Of a stretch of DNA of 64,000 bases, positions 52,804 through 64,000 are shown one piece after another. Under the pieces are notes generated by a model. The model searched no databases, was not told the DNA's origin, and worked only from the letters and a program-made list of their open reading frames with translations. Numbering within the stretch: the stretch's first letter is position 1; each line of letters opens with the position of its first letter. This stretch comes from Laetmonice hystrix (Eukaryota). The stretch is taken from positions 22,260,001-22,324,000 of the forward strand of contig OZ249436.1 of the NCBI GenBank assembly GCA_965235115.1, read 5' to 3'. The position numbers and the translations under genes are program-made.

Positions 52804-55800
52804 TTAACCTTCAAAACTAACTTAAACATGCCATTACAAAACTAGTACTAGGGACACTCAAGTTATATAATTCTGTAACTTTACTACTAGGTTCCTCACG
52901 TGTGTCACTGTGAATGTATCGGTAATAAATAGGATGTCGATCAGTTCCTCATTACTGACAGAGAAATATCAGCTGATCTACTTTCAGGGAAAGGCACAAA
53001 GACAAGGAGCGATGAGAATAGGAAGGAGAGGGTTAAAGCAGGGTTAGGGTAGAGTAGGTACTCCGCAGGCTAAGGGTACATAGCAATGTAATCGAGCAGT
53101 GATGGGGTAATGGTGAGAATGGGGTGGGAGTCTACCCTCAGATCGACGTCCCTATAATCCTCAGGTCGACACGTGCCGACGTCTGCCACAGGTGGCGCTG
53201 AATGTCACGGCCGAGTTGGGATACATTGAGGAGCCCGGATGAGTGGGGATTGGTACTGACAATGGACTGGTGCCGATCACCGGGCCTGCCTGCCACACCC
53301 GCCCTCATACACACCCATTAGCAGATTGCTTCTCTAAGCACACCAACCAATCCCTCCGGGAAACAATCTACTATACAACAAATTTTCACACCCATGTTAT
53401 GGCTATGGTTTTACTTGAATAACAATAAAGTTTAATTAATGACAGCATCCACGCCCTATCATCAACGGGTGCAATTCCTAAATGCTTCATCGCACTTGCA
53501 ATCGAATAAAGCAATACAGCCCTGGTTGAAAATTTAGCATGTGAATACAGCAAGTGAAATTACATGTTTGAAAGGGATGAGCATAATGTTTGGCATGGCA
53601 AGGCCGGCGGCTCTGGAGCACATTGCTACTTTTAATAATGAGCAAAGCATGCTGGGACATTAAGTCCTCGCCATGCAAACAGACTAAAGATCAGCTGAGA
53701 CCCCCACCCCCACATTCCCTCAGGCCCTAAACACCAATGACGGAGTCCCATTGGTGCTCAATGACAATCTGACACACTTGGTGCCGTTAATCCCACAGCT
53801 TTCCATGTCGGCAAACGATCGTAAGAAGCCACAGTGGTACACTTACATCAAAACACGCCCAGTTGATGTGCGGCCGAGAACTGAATGCTGGGTATATAAC
53901 GGCAGAACATGGCGGATCTGTGTGAACATCACCCAGAGAGTTACGCCAAGTCGGCAAGTCGTAGCGTTCCTTTGATATAAGAGTCCCCCGCTATCTTTTC
54001 ACAAAATATCCCTTTCATTCACTCATTTTCCATTAGGTGTATTGTCTTTGAATGTCTTGCGTAGTAACACTAGTTATTCTTCTTGGAAAGTGTGTTTTCA
54101 ATGTTGTTGGCGATATTCCCGGAGTGGGTGCCATCCATCGTTGGCTTGTGTTGCCCAGGCCGTGTCCAAAGTTTCGCCCCCAACGCCTCATCCCGCCGTA
54201 GAGACGAGCTTGCTACTTTCACTTAGCTAAGGACAATCCCACTAATTGGGTTACGGTGCAGTATAGAATCCAATTTGGACGTGGATAACCAATATTGAGT
54301 GTGGGATGATAGGCTTCGAGCACTACCACCAAATGAGTTTACTTACTCTATCACTGCTTATAACCAAATTGGAGACAAAAGAATTCGGGCCGTCCTGGCC
54401 AGCCTTCATTGGCTAATGGGGATCGTATAGCCATGACGGTGATCTATGGGTCTCCCACAGCCAGGCACGGGGCGCCAGCTACCATGGCCAGAACTTAGAG
54501 AAACCAACATGTCTCCGCATCCACCGGTCAATATCTCGGTCAAAATCAGAGTGAATTTACATACGATATTTAGGAGATGAGAGTAAGAGAGGATTCATCA
54601 TACAACATCTAAAGGCATGATTGTAGAGTACGCCTCGAGTCAGGCTGACCCCGCACCGAGTGCAGCTATCGCAGCAGTGTCTTTTTTTCCTCTTAAACCC
54701 ATCTGTTGGTCGTGGCCGCTGGACATGGGAGTTGACAGCGACACGCGTGATTTATGACCCACTGATTGAAGTGTTGCTTTGAGAAATGACATAATGGGGT
54801 TAAAGGTGAACCAGTAAAAACGCAACCGTGGTGTGCTCATTGCCTTTGGGGCATGCGCGATCTTTCGATCGGCTGCTCGATCAAACTGTGGTGAAAGTAT
54901 CAAACTTCATCTACAGCACCACATACACAGGTCTGGACAGGTAAATCATATTACATCAAAACGAGGGGTTACAAAAGTATCCGCTAACAATAAGGTATCG
55001 CGCCATCCAATTCAATTGTCATCTTCCCTTATGTATAATTTTAAATTAAACGAACTTACCAAGTGAAGTTTGATGTTAATTCTACCGTTGGTCCTTCGCG
55101 AGACGTGGAGAGCATGTCTCGCTAGGGCCACAAGGTAGAACCAATGTTGATATGCAACCAAACAACAAAAAACGGTTACCAACGACTGCTGGTTTTGTTA
55201 ACCGACTGACAGTACGCGTCAAACCCAGTTTAAATGTTGAGGTATTTCATGTATATTAATATCCTACCCAAAGATTTCTGTAGTGGTTCTTTCACCATAC
55301 CGGACGACAGAATGGTGAAGTTCACCCGTCCGACTCAAGCCTAACTCTGCGGCTGTCAGCTAACGTCATACGTATCACCACGTCCAGATACTTGGCCCTC
55401 GGCTCCACCTCGACAGTAAATATCACCGGCCTAGCATACTGTTGAAGGTAATGTACGTTTTAAAAAAGTGTTCCTGGCAGGTCTACGTCACCTTGACTGC
55501 TTGACATCGGATTGTGGTTTGACGAATGTGCCTTCACTAACTTCATTACCATTACATTACGTTACTCCGTATGGTTGAACAAATACTCCTCACAAAAACA
55601 AGACAGCCCGGTTGGGGCTGAAAGGACCGATTTAAAGTTATCAAGATTATCGGTAAATACCGACGTTATGTTTTCTGTCCATGATGATGAGTTACTGGAA
55701 ATTTAATGACAAAGCAAACAAAGGGCAATCCTACCATTATAAATATTTCTTTTTTTACCAACTGTGATGTGTTTTTGCTGGTTTGTGTGTGGTACCAGAT

Positions 55801-56184
55801 GTGATTTTTACCAACACGATTGAATGATCGCTATTCATTTCTACAAAATGGGTATGTATTCAATTTTATGACCTAGATATACTGATTTCTGCCTGTGATA
55901 CTAGGTAAACCTATGCCACTTTAAAATATGAGTGGCTATGGGGCTAACCTGTGGCTAAAGGTACTTCATGACACGTGGCTGGTCAGTCATACGTCCCGTT
56001 TTCAGACAGGTATGAAAGGTATCCAAGTCCCCCTGAAATGCAGGTCCGACAGGCCTGCATTCTTAGGACTTAAAGTCCATGATGTTGTATCATCTAATTT
56101 TATTTTCTTAAAGTTGATGACCTATATAGGCCCTGCATTACCAAGGAATCCTAGGTCCGGCAGACCTCCATTCCGGCGGACTTA

Positions 56185-56995
56185 AGCCGGCCACACACCA
56201 AGGAAACTGGGTCAGTCGCAGAGACTGACCAGTTTTATGGTGCTAAGACTAGGTGTGTGCCCCCCGCACACACCGAGCCGACTCCCGACTGACAGTCGTT
56301 GATGCGATGGATGCGCCCCACCCGGAAATCTTCCATACTAAGCGTGCAACTACAGCGCTCCATGTGGAACTTTGCTCAAACCACCAAAGTAAACAGTTTG
56401 TGATTGCGCAACTTCGAGTATAGGTCGTACAGGATCGAAAATTGATCAAATTCATCCAGTTGAAATGAGTGGCACTTTAACAAATCATGCTATCCTGCCA
56501 TGATACTGCCCCGTCTGTTGAGTTGAAATAGTCCTTCAATAATATAATTTAGTTTATAATTATGGAAAATGGACCCGAAATTTGCTGGTGGTTTGAGTCT
56601 GATGTGCTTGCCATCCAGTGCCCCAACACAATGAGGAAAATTCCACTTTTCCTCAAACTCTGCTGCTACTTTCTTCCATGCCTCTTCTTTTTTTCCCGTA
56701 TGGACACTAGGCCTAGGCCTATATGGATCACATGACACGAATCATCACATATACTTTGCCGAGCATGCACTGATTGGCTATTGCCTCCCAGCCGACTAAA
56801 GACTGCCGACTGTCAACACACACCGAGTCGGGAGTCGGGAGTCGCAGTCTTTCATATTCAACATGTTTAATCTGAAAAACTGGCCGTCGCCGACTGGCAA
56901 AAACCGTCTCGTCGGGTCGTAGGGGCGCACACACCAAGGAAACTGTCCAGTCTGGTCGGGTCGGATGACCCAGTTTCCTTGGTGTGTGGCCGGCT
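56185..56995 (-). mobile_element. PIF/Harbinger non-autonomous deletion derivative (811 bp)
   Basis: Perfect 30-bp TIR AGCCGGCCACACACCAAGGAAACTGGGTCA, TTA TSD (56182-56184 and 56996-56998), subterminal CACACACC repeats, internal transposase fragment. Confidence 0.93.
56553..56687 (-). pseudogene. Harbinger DDE transposase (HARBI1-like, DDE_Tnp_4) fragment
   Basis: EEAWKKVAAEFEEKWNFPHCVGALDGKHIRLKPPANFGSIFHNYK matches the family motif W..F...WNFP.C.GA(I/L)DGKH....P...GS...NYK around the first catalytic Asp; the rest of the gene is absent. Confidence 0.9.
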
Positions 56996-57038
56996 TTACA
57001 TTCCCTTCACACCTGCTAACCTTTACAGTGCGCCCAGA

Positions 57039-57052
57039 GCGCCCTCTGGTGG
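57039..57052 (-). promoter_or_regulatory. CTCF-like motif
   Basis: Minus strand CCACCAGAGGGCGC, an exact CCASYAGRKGGCRS match; sequence match only. Confidence 0.4.
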
Positions 57053-57659
57053 TAGGCTGCCGCGGACAGTCAGTCCTGACCCGGCGTTGAGAACAAGGTT
57101 CGCTGTTCTCAAAGTTCAGCCTCCATGTTCCTACTGACGTGTGGCCTAGCTGTCAGAATAAGTCAACTCATCGTAACGAGTGGCTCAGCTCGGCTGTCGA
57201 GAGGAAAACATCGTCCGAGCCGAAGATATTGTTTTGACGTTTCGCCAATCATAATTATATATACCAGTCACTGGGCTGACCATCTTTGTTTGCCGAAAAA
57301 CGCTTTGGTTTTCAGACGGAATGTCTAAATGTTGCGTAATGCACTTTCTCTCAAATAGTTGATAAGATTCAGCTATGATATATAGGAGGATGTCGAAACT
57401 GTGTCGAGATTGTGAAATATTCAATGTAGCAGTGGTTCCTATCACTCACCACCAGAGTGGCTTCTAGCATGACCAGTGGCTTCTCGCTGTGAATCCTACA
57501 GTACGTGAATCCTACAGTAAGTAGTACACCACGAGGTAGACATGTACAGGTGGTTTAGTTTCGGTTTCTCCCAAACCGTCGTGATGATCAACGACGGCCG
57601 GCCAGGTCGACCCATCCATGACCTTCAATATCTACCTCAACTAACCTCCGGGGTCACCA

Positions 57660-58320
57660 ACGGGGTCTAGTCAGTATGACGGGGTATAGCCAGTATGACC
57701 TCCGGGGTCTAGCCAGTATGACGGGGTCTAGCCAGTATGACCTCCGGGGTCTAGCCGACCTCAAGCTATGACCTGTTCACTTCCGGGGTCTATCCGGCTT
57801 GACCTCCTGTGACTAGTTGGCAACATTTCTTTGGTCTAGCCGGCACGACCTCTCGGGTGCAGGCAGCATGACCTCGGGAGTTTAGCCAGCACGACCTCTC
57901 GGGGTCAGGCGGCATGACCTAAGGCGTCTAGCCAGCATGACCTCTCGGGGTCCCCGGTTTCAAGAAACTGATTTGGGTGGTCAAATTTGACTACCAGAGT
58001 CAAAGCCTTGATCAAATGGCATGACCTCTGGGGTCTAGCCGGCACGACCTGTCGGGGCTGGCGGCATGACCACTGGGGTCTAGCCAGCACGACCTGTCGG
58101 GGTTAGGTGGCATGACCTATGGGGTCTAGCCAGCACGACCTCTCGGGGTCAGGCGGCATAACCTCTGGGGTCTAGTTAGCACGACCTCTCGGGGTCAGGC
58201 GGCATGACCTCGGGGGTCTAGCCAGCACGACCTGTCGGGGGCTGGCGGCATGACCTCGGGGGTCTAGCCAGCACGACCTCTCGAGTGCAGGCATCATGAC
58301 CTGGAGGGTCTAGCCGGCCT
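57660..58320. repeat. Old degenerate tandem repeat, ~22-23-bp monomers forming ~45-bp dimers
   Basis: Recurrent GCACGACCTCTCGGGGTCAGGCGGCATGACCTC..GGGTCTAGCCA, interrupted at ~57955-58015. Confidence 0.8.
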
Positions 58321-58545
58321 GACATGGTTCACGATATCGGTCCAGTGAAGTCGACCCTACATGGTACACCCAACAGAAGGGGTAAGATGTCAAACCCTTA
58401 TCTCCACATCCGAACAGGGAACATTCCCTGACACCGACACGGTCATGCTGTACTTGTAACACATACCTCATCACTACGTCTTTGTCCAAGGAGATCGCTA
58501 ACTTCATCACTCAATTCTCAGAGAACTCTCGGCTCTGAAGTTACC

Positions 58546-60393
58546 CTGAGCCCCTCGTACTCCCCTACCCACTCTCACTGAGCCCCTCGTACTCCCCTAC
58601 CCACTCTCACTGAGCCCCTCGTACTCCCATACCCACTCTCACTGAGCCCCTCGTACTCCCCTACCCACTCTCACGGATCCCCTCGTACTCCCCTACCCAC
58701 TCTCACTGAGCCCCTCGTACTCCCATACCCACTCCCACTGAGCCCCTCGTACTCCCATACCCACTCTCACTGAGCCCCTCGTACTCCCATACCCACTCTC
58801 ACTGAGCCCCTCGTATACTCCCCTACCCACTCTCACTGAGCCCCTCGTACTCCCATACCCACTCCCACTGAGCCCCTCGTACTCCCATACCCACTCTCAC
58901 TGAGCCCCTCGTACTCCCATACCCACTCTCACTGAGCCCCTCGTATACTCCCCTACCCACTCCGACTGAGCCCCTCGTATACTCCCCTACCCACTCTCAC
59001 TGAGCCCCTCGTACTTCCCTACCCACTCCCACTGAGCCCCTCGTACTCCCCTACCCACTCTCACTGAGCCCCTCGTACTCCCCTACCCACTCCGACTGAG
59101 CCCCTCGTACTCCCCTACCCACTCCGACTGAGCCCCTCGTACTCCCCTACCCACTCCGACTGAGCCCCTCGTACTCCCATACCCACTCCCACTGATCCCC
59201 CTCGTACTCCCATACCCACTCCGACTGAGCCCCTCGTACTCCCATACCCACTCCCACTGATCCCCCTCGTACTCCCATACCCACTCCCACTGATCCCCTC
59301 GTACTCCCATACCCACTCTCACTGAGCCCCTCGTACTCCCCTACCCACTCCCACTGATCCCCCTCGTACTCCCATACCCACTCTCACTGAGCCCCTCGTA
59401 CTCCCCTACCCACTCTCACTGAGCCCCTCGTACTCCCCTACCCACTCTCACTGAGCCCCTCGTACTCCCATATCCACTCCCACTGAGCCCCTCGTACTCC
59501 CATACCCACTCCCACTGAGCCCCCTCGTACTCCCCTACCCACTCCCACTGAGCCCCTCGTACTCCCATACCCACTCCCACTGAGCCCCTCGTACTCCCAT
59601 ACACACTCTCACTGAGCCCCTCGTACTCCCATACCCACTCTCACTGAGCCCCTCGTACTCCCCTACCCACTCTCACTGAGCCCCTCGTACTCCCCTACCC
59701 ACTCCCACTGGGCCCCTCGTACTCCCCTACCCACTCCCACTGAGCCCCTCGTACTCCCATACCCACTTCCACTGAGCCCCTCGTACTCCCCTACCCACTC
59801 CCACTGAGCCCCTCGTACTCCCATACCCACTCTCACTGAGCCCCCTCGTACTCCCCTACCCACTCTCACTGAGCCCCCTCGTACTCCCCTACCCACTCTC
59901 ACTGAGCCCCTCGTACTCCCCTACCCACTCCCACTGGGCCCCTCGTACTCCCCTACCCACTCCCACTGAGCCCCTCGTACTCCCATACCCACTCCCACTG
60001 AGCCCCTCGTACTCCCCTACCCACTCTCACTGAGCCCCTCGTACTCCCATACCCACTCCCACTGAGCCCCTCGTACTCCCCTACCCACTCTCAATGAGCC
60101 CCTCGTACTCCCATACCCACTCCCACTGAGCCCCTCGTACTCCCCTACCCACTCCGACTGAGCCCCTCGTACTCCCATACCCACTCCCACTGAGCCCCTC
60201 GTACTCCCCTACCCACTCCGACTGAGCCCCTCGTATACTCCCCTACCCACTCTCACTGAGCCCCTCGTATACTCCCCTACCCACTCCGACTGAGCCCCTC
60301 GTACTCCCATACCCACTCCCACTGAGCCCCTCGTACTCCCCTACCCACTCCGACTGAGCCCCTCGTATACTCCTCTACCCACTCTCACTGAGC
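58546..60393. repeat. C-rich minisatellite, 32-bp unit, ~57 copies
   Basis: CTGAGCCCCTCGTACTCCC(C/A)TACCCACTC(T/C)CA repeated. Confidence 0.97.
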
Positions 60394-60995
60394 GCCGAGG
60401 ACTTCACCAGATTACCGTGAAACAGGTTGTGAAATGCTGAGTGAATGTTTACGTTAGTTTTTGTCTAGTTTACTCGGATAACCTCGGCTGATGATGATTA
60501 GGTACAATGAACAATGATTTCTGCCGGCTACGGTATCCCATCAATGAAACGTTAGCCTCATCACATCGGACGCGCCTGTCACCCCAACAACATGGCTGGA
60601 GAAATATGTGAAGTTAACATTTCAAGTACAGTTTCTTTCGTTTAGACTTACGACTTGACGGCTGATAAAAATGATGCTAGACGGCACTTGTGGACTGGTC
60701 GTCATTCAGACTGTGCCAGGACGTGAAAGACGGCGCTCACGGCTTGGGTTTGTCTCCCAGTGCGACAAGGCGGAAAAGTAAGACCTAAACACAGTTGGAA
60801 TTGTTTAACAATTAGATCTTATCGGGGAGTTTATTTGCGGTGTTGGCAGTGAGGCAGAAAATGGTGTTTGACACTAGGGGAAGCCGAGTGAAGGTTGATG
60901 TGATTTAGGCCTGCCAGGATGGGCGATGACGGGGCAGTAGGGGGTAGGCAGGAACCGTAGGAGGCGTGCAGCCAGCTACAGCCAGGGCCCAGATA

Positions 60996-62005
60996 AACTG
61001 TCCCTAGTCATCTCTCAAACCTAGGTAACCTCAAAACTGTCCTCTGGGATCTGATAAACCCTGGTAACCTCAAAACTGTCCCCTGGGGTCTAACAAACCT
61101 AGGGAACCTCCCTCAAAACTGTCCCCTGGGATCTAACAAACCTAGGGAACCTCCCTCAAAACTGTCCCCTGGGATCTAACAAACCTAGGGAACCTCATTA
61201 CTGTCCCCTGGGATCTAACAAACCTAGGTAACCCCAAAACTGTCCCCTGGGATCTAACAAACCTAGGTAACCCCAAAACTGTCCCCTGGGATCTAACAAA
61301 CCTAGGTAACCCCAAAACTGTCCCCTGGGATCTAACAAACCTAGGTAACTTCATTACTGTCCCCTGGGATCTAACAAACCTAGGTAACCTCATTACTGTC
61401 CCCTGGGATCTAACAAACCTAGGTAACCCCAAAACTGTCCCCTGGGATCTAACAAACCTAGGGAACCTCCCTCAAAACTGTCCCCTGGGATCTAACAAAC
61501 CTAGGTAACCCCAAAACTGTCCCCTGGGATCTAACAAACCTAGGTAATCTCATTACTGTCCCCTGGGATCTAACAAACCTAGGTAACCCCAAAACTGTCC
61601 CCTGGGATCTAACAAACCTAGGTAACCCCAAAACTGTCCCCTGGGATCTAACAAACCTAGGTAACCTCATTACTGTCCCCTGGGATCTAACAAACCTAGG
61701 TAACCTCATTACTGTCCCCTGGGATCTAACAAACCTAGGTAACCCCAAAACTGTCCCCTGGGATCTAACAAACCTAGGGAACCTCCCTCAAAACTGTCCC
61801 CTGGGATCTAACAAACCTAGGTAACCCCAAAACTGTCCCCTGGGATCTAACAAACCTAGGGAACCTCCCTCAAAACTGTCCCCTGGGATCTAACAAACCT
61901 AGGTAACCTCAAAACTGTTCCCTGGGATCTGACAAACCTAGGAAACCTCCTTCAAAACTGTCCCCTGGGATCTAATAAACCTGGGGAACCTCAAAACTGT
62001 CCTCT
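60996..62005. repeat. Minisatellite, 39-bp unit (43-bp variant), ~25 copies
   Basis: AACTGTCCCCTGGGATCTAACAAACCTAGGTAACCCCAA with CTCATT and CTCCCTC variants. Confidence 0.96.
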
Positions 62006-63714
62006 GAGATTTACCAAACAAACAAACAAAGATATACTTACATACTTACTTAATGTCCCCAGAAATCTAACAACGTACATAACATACCGGTAAGTTCTCC
62101 TTTCCCTGGATCCGGCTTAACATTGCTTAATAGCATTCCTAAAATATCATATTCCAGGTAGCCACATTTGTGAACTCTGTAATTAACAAGGCGTTTTGTT
62201 CTATGAAACGAAAAACATTATTAAAGTATTTGACTGTCAAAGGTCTTTTATGAGTCGTACCTGGTAGTGGGAGGAGGCAAGTATTACACAAAAACTCAAA
62301 TAACAACCAAAAGAACGCAAATAATTCAAATGTCCCAAAAGTTAATTAAAATTTTCTTTAAGCATTCATCTACATGTACTGTGTAATGACTAAGACCTTG
62401 TCTGACTTTTAACATCCAAGTTTAAGCGACTGCCACACATGCGAACAGGCGGAATAGATTCAATTTTGATGATCTTACCTCAAAAGACTTCAATTCGTGA
62501 GGTGATTGTTACACTATTGAAATTTTAATGGAACTGCAAAATGTAAATGTGGCAATTATGCCAGGCTGTTCATTTGGAAACTTACTCATAATTAATTTGA
62601 GTTTCAACGTGAAGTCGGCAGTAATGTGAATCAAGAAGCATAATTCTTAACTTTCATCTTGTACTTTCTGGTGTCACTTCTAATGATGACATTTAAACCT
62701 ATTACACTTAAATTTATTACTTGGTTCACATTACAGCAGTATTTATGTTTCAACGCCTGATCTCCGTGAAACTAATATGAATTTTCCATCATTCATCACG
62801 ACTATAGGACAACTCAAATAGAAACCCCCTATCCGCTACAACAGTGTAATAACACTGTACCATAAATACAAAAGTGCATTACTAACAGCACAAATGATCT
62901 CTGTTTCTTGAGTGAGTGACACTTGAAGTTGACGCCCACTTGCTGCATAGTGAACAGCTGGTTTACTGAAAAGACTGTTCCTCGCGCACACATGGCCCGG
63001 TACCAACGCCCCCTTGCGGCATGCCCAGCAACAATAAATCAGTACACCTGTGCTATCGTAACCAGCCGGCCACACATGGACAGTGGCCTCCTGCAGCTAC
63101 CTGAGGTACGTGTGGTACTATACGTGACACACCGTGCGTACTGTGGGTTACAAACCCCAATACTGGTACCCTGACACCCGACTGGTGAACCATTCAACGG
63201 CCGCTCTACTGATCACATTCATTATGTTTCACTTATAATATCCTTTGTCATCGTTATTCTGCTAGCAAATAAAAGGTCGGACACAGATGCCCTGGCAGGT
63301 TGAACTCCACTTTAATAGTCCATGGAAATAGTGACAGATCGTCTGCAATACCCAGCGATAAAGATCGGACAAAACAATCAAGTCATTGATTTTATTTAAA
63401 AAGAAGTTCCCCAACAGAGAATTTCCTGGCGACAAAATATTTCTGGCGAGGTAGCTGTAGTTGTTCAGGGTGTGTGGGGGTGTGTGGGGGGGGGGGGGAC
63501 TCTCCAATAGAATTTAGTAATGTCTTTAACAATGTCAATAATACCAGTAATCTGACAATGATTGTAAAAGAAGATAGATGACAGATTGCCAGATATTTTA
63601 GACGGTAGATCACTATTGTCTCCCTTTCTCTGGTTACAATTGGTCGGGTTTTTTTGCACTGATACCGTCGCTGTTAGTTTGATGAAGGACGACTTCTGTT
63701 CACAAGTGGCTGAT

Positions 63715-63864
63715 GGGCTCGGTTTTTTCGTTGAGCTCGAGTCAAAGTGGAGACGAAAAGTTCGTCTCAAGCTCACGGCCCTATGAGTCGACTCATAGGG
63801 CCGTGAGCTTGAGACGAACTTTTCGTCTCCACTTTGACTCGAGCTCAACTAAAAAACCGGGCCC
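63715..63864. mobile_element. Palindromic (foldback) MITE, 150 bp, Harbinger-like GGGCCCGGTTT termini
   Basis: 75-bp arms mirrored about 63789/63790 with no spacer and 2 mismatches (63719/63860, 63729/63850). Confidence 0.75.
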
Positions 63865-64000
63865 TGACCAAAATGTACCGGTCTGCCACTCGAAAACATA
63901 AAAATAACCCTATAAAAAGACGGTAATATGACTGAAATTGGATTGGCGTTGGTTTGGTGAATCCATTGATATTAACCGATATGGTCATCAGTATAATATT

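Noticed and set aside
63465..63901. Same peptide encoded on both strands
   Set aside because: Direct consequence of the 150-bp palindrome.

Overview
This window is eukaryotic, most likely bilaterian invertebrate, and mostly non-coding; I see no operons, CRISPR array, rRNA or tRNA genes. About 40% (roughly 25-26 kb) is about 19 unrelated local tandem arrays with units of ~22-182 bp, and these generate nearly all long ORFs in the track as artefacts. Non-autonomous DNA transposons are scattered between them. They include a PIF/Harbinger element with 30-bp TIRs, a TTA TSD and a transposase fragment (56185-56995), a Harbinger-type MITE nested in an older MITE (22.0-22.4 kb), and a 150-bp near-perfect palindrome (63.7 kb). 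There are also a Kolobok-like element (52.3 kb), a Tc1/mariner-like MITE (1.3 kb) and two Helentron/HINE-like copies. The best host-gene candidate is a minus-strand spliced gene. Its first exon (47799-47642) encodes a hydrophobic signal-peptide-like N-terminus and sits beside ETS/YY1/X-box motifs, and a phase-compatible second exon lies at 43041-42978; further exons were not identified. I found no convincing novel multi-gene system. Array boundaries are approximate.
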